This document shows positions 26,001 through 43,404 of a stretch of 64,000 bases of DNA, one piece after another. Each line of letters begins with the position of its first letter. Position 1 is the first letter of the stretch. The notes below the pieces were generated by a model. That model saw nothing but the letters and a program-made list of their open reading frames with translations, did not search any database and was not told where the DNA came from. Source of the stretch: Trichoplax adhaerens. Taxonomy: Eukaryota; Animalia; Placozoa. The stretch is from the NCBI RefSeq assembly GCF_000150275.1, contig NW_002060950.1, positions 2,096,106-2,160,105 of the forward strand, in the 5' to 3' direction. The position numbers were made by a program, and so were the translations under genes.

Positions 26001-27559
26001 TGAATGGAACTTTTAAATAAAAACTTGTGATATTTGCTTTTATTATCCCTAATGATATTATCGTACAATATCAACCATGTATTCTAGTTACATAATTAAT
26101 AGCGAATACTGCCCACTGATGAATTCTATTCAAATGTAACAAGTTAATACTATTAGAATCTGATTGTTTTTTTTTTGCCGAGAGTAAAACCGCATAGTAA
26201 AGGCAACGCAAGGGAAGCATAATTTATTTAAGAGAGATCCTAGGGATGAATTACGTCAGGATTAATTGAACTAAAGTAATAATGTATGAAATCAATCGTG
26301 ACGATCAATCAGTTTATACTGCAAAATATTATCTACTGTACTGTATATCTATTAATGAATTTGATTCCAATGGGATAGTTTTACAAATACGAATATTAAG
26401 ATGTGGTTACTTTTGTCTGTAGAGCCACCTAGTAAAGAGGTAAGAAAAGAGGTAAGAAAAGAATGTTTTTACCACAGTACACACACATCCAGTAGACCGA
26501 TTTCCGGCGACTGACTACGATAGTATAGTATATTGATAATTATAACTAGTAGTCCATGAAGCAATCGTGGTGATCAATCGTTTGATAACAGTTCCTTAGT
26601 TGAGTGAACCCCAAATTCTTCTACGATATGATTAGCGTATTCATTTATTGGATTATTACCATTCCATTTTGATTTTCAACTTAGTTATGATTGATTAGCA
26701 AGTTAGAATGCGACAATCGTAACCATTGCTGAAAAAATTGACTCTATCAATACTTTGAATGTGTCGTATGCACACTAGAGACCTTTCGTATGCAGTCTCT
26801 TTCTGTAATGTGCAGCATGATCGTTGTTGATGATAGTGAGTAAAATGGAAAATGCATCGTTATTAAGTGAAATTTTGGCTATCATTAATGGCAAGACCTA
26901 TTGAATCATTTCTTACGACACTACTGTAAGGCATTTTCGCTACGTGTCAAGAAATGGCTAAGGCGATGTTGATGATATTTTTATATCAGTCGCATCGACA
27001 TGTTGCTCATATCGTTGACCATATGATGTAGCGCTGTACTGTACTGTACTATAAAATAAACAACTTGTCCAAGAGAATTTTTCATATCGTGGACAGTTGC
27101 AATCAATATTGAAGATATTTCTTCTATCATTACTACTAAAACAGCGGTTGACTTATAACAGTATTCATAATGAAAAGTGAGTTATTGATTAATTGATATC
27201 AACGTTCGTCTGTATTAAATAATCCAGTTGTACTGTATTTCATGCCTTGAATTCATCCTACTGTAGATTTTCTGGTTGTCGATTACTAGTCAAAAAATGC
27301 CATACTGTCAATACGCATTGATTAGGATAGCATTGCTGATGATTACAAAATATCCTGCAATCGATCAAGCAAGAAATGGGTGAGTGTAGTTTATTTATAC
27401 TATGCCATTTTAGGAATTGAAATTAGTCAATCTTCTTCATTCTCCTGCAATCCAATGCAATTGTTCCATCCTTTCATTGATCTCTAGTGCAGTGAATTAA
27501 TTAATCAACTCACCTATACCGTATTTAGCTACAGTGGATTTTTTCCATTTGGACTGCAT
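11012..27559 (-). CDS. DOCK1: Dedicator of cytokinesis (DOCK180 / DOCK1-5 type) Rac guanine nucleotide exchange factor; about 57-58 coding exons
   Basis: Manual splicing gives a continuous frame. Exon 1 is 27514-27559 ([15 protein letters not shown]). SH3 exons lie at 25279-25362 ([17 protein letters not shown]), ~24996-25036 (GWYWG) and ~24755-24810 (GVFPANYI). DHR-1 spans ~21076-22180 ([15 protein letters not shown]). The ARM region includes [29 protein letters not shown]-2 spans ~13154-16153 ([53 protein letters not shown]). The last exon ~11012-11469 is Pro/Ser-rich and ends in TAA. The symbol denotes the family; A versus B subfamily is not certain. Confidence 0.93.
11783..11827. repeat. 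19-bp direct duplication in a DOCK intron
   Basis: TCTTGTAACAAGAAAGATT occurs twice, 7 nt apart. Confidence 0.75.
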
Positions 27560-27891
27560 TATAACGTTGTTGATGGTGTTTTTCCAACATAAACTGGCTG
27601 TTGATAAGATCAAAGATTGTTGCTGGTAGTAAAATTGCTGATCATCTACCTTGCCGATAGTTTAGTTCTTTTCTCGATCCAATATCGCGAGCTTTGCCTA
27701 CTGTTGTACTGCTCTTAGTTCTGTCGGTTCAAAGTCAATCATTTCTATACTTATGCAATTGCCTGTCGCTCAAAATGGGCAAAACTGCCTTCCAACTGCA
27801 TAGTACAGTGTCCTATACACGTGGACACTACAGTAATCTACTCTGCTTTATCCTGCACATTGTATGGTACGTATAGATATCCACTTTGTAC

Positions 27892-29200
27892 AGTACTAGC
27901 AAGTGGAAAATTGCTGCAACTTTGGACGCCAGCGTAAGTAGGGGGCAACATTAAATTAAAGAATATATTAATGAATTAATTTATTTATAGCAAATTACAG
28001 TACTGTATAGATGTGTAGAATAGCTACGGTAGGGATGTTACTCTATTCGGAGGGCCTTTGCTTTCTGCTACAGTTAGTGAAAAAGTCATGCTGACTTGTT
28101 TGCACAGTAGCATTTGTATACGTGTATCATAACTACCGTAGGGACACTACTTCGGAGGGCCTTGCTTTCTGTTGCAGGAGGTGAAAAAGTGATGCTGACT
28201 TATTTGCACAGTAGCATTTTTATATAATTATAATAACTACCATAGGGACACTACTTCGGAGGGCCTTTGCTTTCTGTTACAGTTAGTGAAAAAGTCATGC
28301 TGACTTATTTGCACAGTAGCATTTTTATACAAGTATAACAACTACCGTAGGGACACTATTTCAGAGGGCCTTTGCTTTCTGTTACAGGAGGTGAAAAAGT
28401 AATGCTGACTTATTTGCACAGTAGTATTTTTATACAAGTATAATAACTACCGTAGGGACACTATTTCAGAGGGCCTTTGCTTTCTGTTACAGGAGGTGAA
28501 AAAGTCATGCTGACTTATTTGCACGGTAGCATTTTTATACAAGTATAATAACTACCGTAGGGGCACTATTTCGGAGGGCCTTTCTTTCTGCTACAGCAGG
28601 TGAAAAACTGATATTGAATTATTTGTATAGTAGCATTTTATAGAGTGCAGAAGGTGAAAAACTGATGCTGAGTTATTTGCACAGTAGTGCTTTGTAGAGT
28701 ACTAGCAAAGGAAAATTGCTGTACTTTTGACGGCAGGGTGAGCGAAAGCAACAATAATTACCCCCTCTATACTGTATGAAAACTACGGTAGGGACATGAT
28801 TTGGAGGGCCTGCTTTCTGCTAGGAGGAAACTGATGCTGAGTTGTTTGCATATGTAGCATTTTGGAAAGAAAAATTTCTGTACTTTTGAAGGTAGGATGA
28901 GCCAAGGCAACAATAATTACGTGTACATACATATATAGTACAGTACTGTACAAGTATAATAACTACGATAGCGACTACAGGAGATGAAAAACTGATGCTG
29001 AGTTATTTGCACAGTCGTATTTTGTAGAGTACTAGCAAAGGAAAATTGCTGTACTGTACTTTGGACGGCAGGTAAGCGAAAGCAACAAGAATTACGCCTA
29101 TATACTCTATAATAACTACGGTAGGGACACGATTCGAATAGCCTGCTTTCTGCTAAGTGGAAACTGATGTTGAGTGGTTTGCATACAGTAGCAACATTTT
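27892..29200. repeat. Compound tandem repeat/minisatellite: ~105-bp unit A interleaved with ~65-bp module B
   Basis: Unit A (AACTACCGTAGGGACACTAYTTCRGAGGGCCTTTGCTTTCTG..GTGAAAAAGT..TGCTGACTTATTTGCACAGTAGCATTTTTATA) starts at 28022, 28131, 28235, 28340, 28445 and 28550, with degenerate copies at 28781, 28961 and 29114. Module B (AGTACTAGCAA.GGAAAATTGCTG.ACTTT.GACG..AG..GCAACA.TAATTA) occurs at 27892, 28698, ~28866 and 29028. Confidence 0.95.
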
Positions 29201-30254
29201 GTGGTACAGCAATCAGAGTGATGGCGAGAATGAGCACTTACAGTATACAAGTGGTTAATCAGTCAGGAGTTGCCCCCCCACCCCATTTTGAAGCTTAATT
29301 ATTGTATTATTTTTCTTACAAAAGTAGGCAAGAGTCCACAAGATTGATAGAGTCTTTCATTGAGGTTAATCAACTTGAAACTTTATTCTTAAATTATTAA
29401 TTGGTTGTAGAAATGTAGGTTAGTCATGATATTGAAGACAGTTTAGCATCAATGAGACTGTTAACAAGTGAGCTAGAGAGAAATGCTACCCACTATCTGT
29501 ATGATGAACGGATATAAGAACGCACCGTCAGATGAAATTGATGGCAACCATTTCCATTGAACTTTACTACGATCAAATGTTCAGCTTGATCATGATGAGT
29601 AAGGCAAAGCATAAAGATAATACAGTACAGGAAGCCCATCACATTGGCCTCAACATGGTCGTGTCTATTTTACACAGTACAGTACTGTACTCTAATCATT
29701 GAACAACATGCATTATGCAGAGCAAGCATATTAAACTGTAATATAAACTTCAAAAGTCTTGTATAATTATGATCCGTTTTCTTCGACATATTTAAATAGT
29801 AAAAGCTATTGGTAAAAAGGCTTCAAAAAGACCAATTGTTATGAACCTTCGTATACAGATCGGTTTCTTATTATACAAAGTTACCGACTAATTGATTGAT
29901 CTTGATCCCCATGAAAATTAGCTAAGTTAACTCAAGAGCGATCTAACCCTATTATAACCATGCATTTGTACAAATGGATGGCAAAAATTTAGAATATGGA
30001 ATGAATCGGATTACGTCTTCCATTCTTATGGTCAAATGGACGCTTACTCTTCCTTCATCCAGCCTAGTGTAACAAGGCTTCCAATGCTCACGTTGAGAAC
30101 ATTACCTTTGGAGTGCTTGCTCGTCTGACGTCATCAACTCCTGTGCTGCAGTGGTCAAGAAAGAGGGCTATGTCATGATCTAAAAATAAAAATAAATAAA
30201 TAATACAGTTTGCTTTGCTGTCTTCTCTTTAGTCAAGTCTTAACAACACTGATG

Positions 30255-30608
30255 ATGATTATACTATTTATTGATTGGAAGACATTGGCGTACTGTATAG
30301 TCGTAGTCCATGATACAAGCAAGCATTAAGTGTATTCCTTTCTAAATTTAGTCGTCCTCAAGTAGACATGATTATACTATTTATTGATTGGAAGACATTG
30401 GCGTACTGTATAGTCGTAGTCTAGTCGTAGTCCATGATATAAGCAAGCAATTAAGTGTACTCCTTTCTAAATTTAGTCGTCCTCAAGTAGACATGATTAT
30501 ACTATTTATTGATTGGAAGACATTGGCGTACTGCATAGTCGTAGTCCATGATATAAGCAAGCATTAAGTGTATTCCATTCTAAATTTAGTCGTCCTCAAG
30601 TAGACATG
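30255..30608. repeat. Three-copy tandem repeat with a 113-bp unit (middle copy 125 bp)
   Basis: ATGATTATACTATTT..GGAAGACATTGGCGTACTG..GTCGTCCTCAAGTAGAC starts at 30255, 30368 and 30493. Copy 2 carries an internal duplication of TAGTCGTAGTC. Confidence 0.95.
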
Positions 30609-30621
30609 GTGGTCGTGCGTA

Positions 30622-30756
30622 TAACCCGAAACCCGACATGAGGGCGGTATTCGGGTTAAGCATTTCTCTCGTGATACACTCTTTGTACTGTATAGCGATG
30701 GCACTCATTTCGGGTTGGAAAATCAACCATGTGATCGGGTTAATCAGATTCGGGTT
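30622..30756. repeat. Cluster of six AACCCGA/TCGGGTT motifs, two forward and four reverse
   Basis: AACCCGA at 30623 and 30630; TCGGGTT at 30651, 30710, 30735 and 30750. TAACCCGAA (30622-30630) is the reverse complement of TTCGGGTTA (30650-30658). Confidence 0.85.
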
Positions 30757-31305
30757 GTCTTTTTTACTCCATTCCACGACTCCGACATTCGTGGATAGTC
30801 TACAATGGACAAAAATAGAACATATCCAATGCTGTATATGTTATCGATATACAAGATCCATTGGTACTGTATAATATACAGCTTTTGTATGTGTACTATA
30901 TGAACGTAGCGGTGGGGTAATCGACTTACTGTACTGTAATTGCCATGATCAAATGAGTCAATCGAACTAAAGAATAATTAACCTTTTCCTTCATGACCTT
31001 TAATTAATATACTGTAACATGCACACGCAAGAGATAATACATTGTGCTTTACTGCTACGCTTCCATGGTAGAGGATTCATTCAGTCGTCCATTAGCCATA
31101 TCTTGTTTTAACTTTGATTCAGCAGATCCAATTTGATTTCTATCGCTATTCCATACTGTAGCGATCAATCGAATTGTGTTGTAAACCCAGTAGATAAGGC
31201 ATTATTCACTCCAGACGAGACGATACAGAGTGCACCCTGGTAGAATCATTCAACAGCGGCAAGAAATAGCCAAGAATAGACTTGACATATGGCCCATCTC
31301 CATTG

Positions 31306-31315
31306 AGCCAATCAG
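31306..31315 (+). promoter_or_regulatory. Candidate CCAAT (NF-Y) box upstream of the PI4K2 start codon
   Basis: AGCCAATCAG matches the extended NF-Y consensus and lies about 55 nt upstream of the ATG. The transcription start site is unknown. Confidence 0.3.
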
Positions 31316-31360
31316 CAATATTACAACTTTGATGAGGAATAATATTACTACTAAAACTGA

Positions 31361-36856
<5,496 letters not shown>

Positions 36857-39356
36857 CTGATTTATAAAAAACTGCTACGTCTGGCATTTTTATTGTAATA
36901 TAGATTGGTCATATAAAATCGAAAACTGTACGGAATCAATCTATTGCGTGCGGTATTTAGATGATTGTGACAGTATATAATAATGCCCAACACTTCTTCA
37001 ATGGTAGTCTATAAGAAATTTCTTTAGTAATATTTTGCTATTAATATACTGTACTATTGTAACATATATATCCGTATATTAATAATACATACAGTATTTA
37101 ATTGTATAGGACTTAGCAAGTTCATTTCGTGCGAAATAGTGTTTGTCAATTCTGTTCGAGAATATATTATGCCGGCTTTATGTTAGATTGTCATAAAAAC
37201 AAACTCAATCTTGCCGCTTATACCTTATAAACTGCAAGCCTAGAATCATATACATGTTGAGTCTATATATTTGATAAAGATGCAAGTAAAGGAAGTGAGT
37301 AACTACCCTATCTGATTTCTTTAACAGCATAATACTTTTCTGGTTAAATTGTAGACAAGTTTGCGAGTTTGCAATTGAAAATTCGCAACTTATTTGGCGT
37401 TTGAAATACTTTACATCCAGTTCATTTTTAGTACATATGGTCATATTTTACGTAGCGTAGGGGTGTATTATATCATATATATTTGCAAAATTTAACCGTG
37501 TCCAGCTGATAGCAGTAGTGGTTATTACCAATATAATATCACATATTGTTATTGATATTTCAATGCTTCTAAGCTGTATATATTCTAAAAATGATCACAC
37601 AAAAGGAAATACCTATCAAATGTATGCAACTGTATCAATAACAATATTGATTAATTAATAGATTGTTTTTTAAAGTTTATTAAAATATTACCACACTTTT
37701 TAGATCAGTGCTATTCTGTATACCCATCTACTGCTTCATTAGCGTTCGATTATATCTGTCTTTTGACAAAAGCGCAAATGACTTTAATACCTAGAAATTA
37801 GAAAAACTGATATGATATGTGATCATTTGTTCGGATAATAAATGTTAAGCTACTAAATTTATTTTATTCCAAAGTAACCCCTAGGTCTCTATTCAGGTAG
37901 CGGTAAGGAATTAGCTTTGGCATTCTATGGATCGCCATTCGTACACAATACAGTAGATGCCTATGATTTGTACAATAAATGCACTCGGGGTGACTTGACA
38001 GCACAGTACGAGGTCAAGCGAATCTAGTTAATCTCTGATGAGCTACATACTCATCTCTTTAAAAAATTTTTAATTCTTAAAATAACTTCTACTAATCACA
38101 TTGACTAAACTTTAGATTACTTAGAAAAATTTCACAACGTTTTGCATTCAAAGGATTTATTTCCGATTTTTAGCTTCTGAAATGATATCGCCGTTAGGAG
38201 TCCATACAAAAACATCAAATTATGCCATAGCTGTAATCACATATCGACTTGAATTAACGATAAACTCCAGTAATGAATTACTTTGCATACAGCGGATTAT
38301 GCATATTCTTATATCGAATTGTAAGTATACAAGGCCATTTTAACATAACATTAAACATTTAATTGTGAACAATGCTGTACGTAGGTGCTCCGTCAGTTAC
38401 TACCCGTACTGATAGGGATAGTTAACTAGCCTCTTTCAAAAATAATTAATCCCATCAGACATGATCAAAAAATTTCGGAAGAGAATTCACTTTATCACGG
38501 ACAACCAAATGGAAAGAATTGTTATATTACCGGATTTGTTAGCTACAGGGGTGATACCAACTTTCGCTTACGTTTGAATCTGCCCTTAAATTTTGACAGA
38601 TACACTTCAAAATCTTTTACATCCATCGAAAATATAGTCCGACTTCGAATATACTATTATACAGAGCTCTTACAAAGAAAAAGTTACAACAATAAAGCAG
38701 ACAAGTTAATACGCTATCAGTGTTAAGCTAGCCTAATAGAACGCTGTCATATCAGTGATCGCATTGCATGCTAAAATAGGATTTGATACATTAGAATATA
38801 ATTTTGTCATTTTCAGTAAGTTAGAATGCAGAATTAGAATGAAAATAAATTTACTGTATGAACGGTATAGACAGCAAGATAGTTGCATATTGAACGTTGT
38901 CTTTCTACATCATTTACAATCATCGAATAAGTTTCAGCGATTACAGAAATGTAGAAAATGTACGTTAAAAAGATAACTTGAAGTTTATGAATTAACCGAA
39001 TCTCAACAAGAGTAAGATTCTCAAATATACATATCAATACTTCAGAGTTAGCATCTTAAGCCACTGCTTAGATACGGAGCTACGCATGCATGCAATTTTC
39101 TATGAGACAAAATATTAGTATGAGCGATTCAACTTCTGAAACAATTAAAATATATATATCAAATGGTATTCATAATTGATATATTCGTAATAATTGAAGT
39201 TGGAGTAAAGTGGTTGAAATCTTTGATCCAATAAAAGCAAGATAGTACAGTTATTATAATTTTCATATTCAGTTAAAAATATAAACACGGTAATTCAATT
39301 TATTATGGATAAATTTGTGAGGTAATTAAAGACAGTTAATAATGTTCCTATTCTTT

Positions 39357-42300
39357 TCATTTGCATGTAATAGCTGCAGAATTAAAATCGAAAGCACCAT
39401 TACCACTAACTGGTGTTGATGATGAGCAATCCATTTCCGCGGAAGGATGACAATCATTTCCGTAATCAGGTGATAAAGATTCGTCACTATTACTACAATC
39501 GCTAACATTATGCCTACTCTGATAAGCCATTAATTGACCCATAAAATTTAAATTTGGAGATATAATAGGTCTCTTTTTCTTTACATAATCATAAGCTTGA
39601 TTAACAGAGTAACTGTATGCATGCACTAAGTAGGCGATGCAAATAGTGGCAGAGCGTGATACTCCTCCAACGCAGTGAACTAATACCTTGCCGTGTAAAC
39701 TTCTGACCTTAGCTGATAAGAAAAATAGAAGTTAATATAATAGGATCTCCTATTGGAATAACATTAATGTTTTCAAACAGTGTCTACGGCCTATCGACAT
39801 TCGATTGTACATTAGGTACGACTGCATAGCAACTACTAGACTATATCGGAAAGTATTAAAATTTATATTCGGTCCATGCGTCACTGTCCTGTAGTAATGC
39901 TATATTTTATACTATAGACACAGTACGACGCAGGATAAAAATACGGTAATACAATTAGTTAATGTAATACTGTTAGTCGAACTAAGCGAAGTACTATCAA
40001 TTCTTACCAATAAAACCAACAGCATCATCGAACCATTTCTGAATATCAGCATTAAGAGAGTCATCAATAGGAATATTTTTATAATCGAGTGAATCCTCGA
40101 AATAATTCGGACAATTCTTGGTTACATTGAGTATAGCCGTTATATTCAATTCTTCTAAAACAGATTTGGAGGAAGAATGCTCAGCACAACCCAAATATAG
40201 AAACGGTAAAATTTCGACGGGTCTTCTTCCCTCACGAATAGCTTGCTCTTGTTCAGCGTTTGTAAACGAAGCTGCAGGTAATAATTTGACCATTGCGTGC
40301 CGTGCTGACGATGAATGACAATTTTGGATAGAAGGTAAGGTCGGTGGCTGTTTTTTACATGTTGTAGGGTATTGATTTAGGAATCTATCGAACCCTCCTG
40401 AAACAATAAAATGAAATTAATCAATACCATTATAAGTATAAGTTTTAAGCTCCTAGCTAATCTACTAGTGCATAATGAAGGGAAAAGTAAATTGTTTTAG
40501 AAGCACGGCGCACTACAATACCTATTACCATAATTTGCTACATCAATAATAATCAAATCATATTAATGCGATTGTACGTGTGTCACGTTATTAAATCGAA
40601 TTCTGACCGTCTATTAAGCTAAAACTGGACTATATTCAGTAGAATTTCCACCGGTTTCGCTAGTAATTATAGTAGCATTTAATATTTATAGACGTAGGAA
40701 ATAGCCCCATAACAGTCATAGGACGTATATTAACTTGGAAAGCTTAATCAGTCTAGTTGGTTTATAACTTCACTGCGTTGCCATATGTACAGGTAAAGTA
40801 CGGTTAATCAAGTTAGCTTAATATCTTCCACATATTATCGCAATCCATGTCTATTTTTCATTCATTTAGGAGTCGCAGCTGCCGGTGAGCGGGCACAACA
40901 GTGCGCATTACCATGTACCGTATGGTACGGTGCCCACGTTTTTTACTGCGAACTCTGAACTTTGTCCCTAGTCCGTCAGTCCCAACCATCTCGTCGCCTT
41001 TACAACAGTACTATAGAGTTTGGCAGCCCTACTCCGACTAAATCAAGTCGTGTTTCTACGCGGCCACTGACTAACTATAGAGGCCATCTAGCATAACTAT
41101 TACCATTTTACTGTACCGCTATTTTATATTTATTAATCTACACGTAAATCGTTCACTTTGCAAAGCACGTAGCCTTCTTTGAAATCCTTGTTTATGCTGT
41201 ATTTTAAAAATAGTCGGTAAAAAGAGTATGTCCATACATTTACAAAATAAATCAATAAATCAATAAATAAAGGCCGAATTCTATAATAAAATCTCAACAG
41301 GGAGTAACTAGAATTTCATTATACATTTACGAAGTGTATTGTCTTTCGAGCTATTTTTATCTTCAAGTCGTTTCTACACCTTTCATGCATTTTCATATCA
41401 ATGAGTCTTTGATATTAATCCGATGAGAACGAAAAAAACAAAAATAGTCGTGCCATGGCAAACTTCTGCAACTGCTACAGAGCATATAGCAGCATGGTAA
41501 ACAGGCAGTAACGTAATTAAAAGTAGTGTAAGATCGCCAAAGAAATACAAGTCATTCGATCTTTCTATAGACTATTAATGATTGGCTTCAAAGTCACGCA
41601 CAGAATAGCAGTTGTTGTGTGATCATGACCAGCTATTTTTTTCCAGTCAACCGACAATATTTAATGTTGTAATCACTTTTGAAATTGAATGTTAAGGTTA
41701 CCAGTGAGACGTTACTGAATATACATAAAATATTAAACAACTATGCAAGTAAAAAATTACTAAAGTCAATAGCGCACAAATGAGGACGAGAAATATTACC
41801 GTTAGCGATCACTTGCTTTTAATTATTCACGTTATTAATGGCTTCCCGACATCCTCGGAAGCTCAAATACCAAAATACCGTTAATGCAAGTACCTGGCTT
41901 CACAACTCCTTAATAAACCGTAAATTTAGCATAGCCTATGAATTTATCTAGGCGCTATTGACTAAAGTAATCCTGTTTCACAAGAACATAGGTCAAATTC
42001 ACTGCCGTAAATATAATATTCCAGTGACTTAACGATACCTTACAACGAAATGGAAGCTGACATCTCGAAGCTAGCTAAGTTATAAATAGAGCTGCTTGAT
42101 GCATTGTTATTGACAATCTGATCCCCTGGTAGCATAGTTATACTGACTAAAGTAGTATGCTATAAAACAAAACTGGCAGTAAACTAATTTAAAGTAGGGA
42201 CTATTGCACCTAGGAAAATTTTCTGATGATATTAATGGTTCAAATTGTAACAACTGGCTGATTTGATACAGATCTATCGTAATTGACCCGAAAATTCTTC

Positions 42301-43404
42301 CCTTGAGATTTCCGCTCGGAAAAAAAAATGCTAAATACCCTCGGGAAAAATACTAAAGGTAAGTTTTTTATTAGACACTAAAAGCGCTTGATTTTAGTGG
42401 AGTTAAATCTATTAAGTTATTGGTAAAGGCGCGCAGTTTGATACTATCCTACTCCTATTATTTTAACTATAAATATTACAAATATTCTACGAAGGTAATT
42501 GATTAACTTCCAAATTTTGATCATTGCTGAAAGACAAAATTTGATAAAGGCTCATGCACATTGTACAGTATGACTTTTAATAAGTTTTACTATTGAAAAC
42601 CAACAAAATAGCGAAATAAAAAAACGTTCGAAAAACCAAGTTAATTAAGTGATAACCAATTTAAAACTAGAAAGATGATATCGACAAACCGAGCTAGTTT
42701 ACACCCGTAATAATATTAACTAATTCATGTCAAAGGCGTTTTATACGACCATCAAGAGTGATTCTCATATTATATACCCCTATATATTATGAAATATTTA
42801 GCAGTCCGTTATCATTGTATCGTATAACGTAATTAACATAACCGGTATTACTATCTTAAATTGATCAAGTTGACTAGTACAGTATAGACTAAAAATAGAC
42901 TGTGACAGTCATGGCACTTTTTCTTCTTTTCCTTCAAGTGTATGATCAATGCACAAATGATATCATAAAAAATGCACAATTTAAGATTTTTAGTCTCTTA
43001 GCAGCATCTGCTGAGTCCAGCTTACCTTTCATCACGAAGAATTCTTTACCAATGCGTTCTTTAACGAATAAATTAAGTACTCGATATAGCGCATCTTCAG
43101 CGGGAATAGAATCAATATCATCGTTCGACTGATCGTAAAAAACGACGCTATTGTAGTGTCCGTTCAATAGCTTGTCACGCTTACGCGAGCATTGAACAAA
43201 ATCATATACGGAGATCTTGCAATTATTCTTTCTTCGACTCATTATGTGATTGTAATAAATGTTTATAGATGTCTTGATATGGCAAGTGTTATAGGACAAA
43301 AAAGGTCTGCAATCCACAATTAATATATTTCCATTACGAAGGCGAGCAGCTTGGGCAACTTCCTCTACCGACATCGACTTTAATATTAGGCCTTTTTCAG
43401 CCAT
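39357..43404 (-). CDS. Dual-specificity MAP kinase phosphatase (rhodanese + DSP domain), most like DUSP1/2/4/5; 3 coding exons
   Basis: Exon 1 is 43026-43404 ([17 protein letters not shown] kinase-interaction motif..MKG|gtaag). Exon 2 is 40008-40397 ([31 protein letters not shown]). Exon 3 is 39357-39712 ([39 protein letters not shown]). Both introns are phase 1 and the frame is continuous. Confidence 0.95.

Noticed and set aside
28022-28630. 105-bp repeats as a CRISPR array or a 35-aa coding repeat
   Set aside because: The units are contiguous with no unique spacers, there are no cas genes, and the context is eukaryotic. Unit lengths of 104-109 break the frame, and the ORF track shows no ORF across the array.
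28917-29237. 106-aa minus-strand ORF
   Set aside because: It is a translation of degenerate satellite units with no protein-like features.
27892-30608. Hammerhead ribozyme or retrozyme within the tandem repeats
   Set aside because: No CTGANGA...GAAA core with flanking stems was found in either repeat unit on either strand. The single CTGATGA at 30250 lacks the rest of the core.
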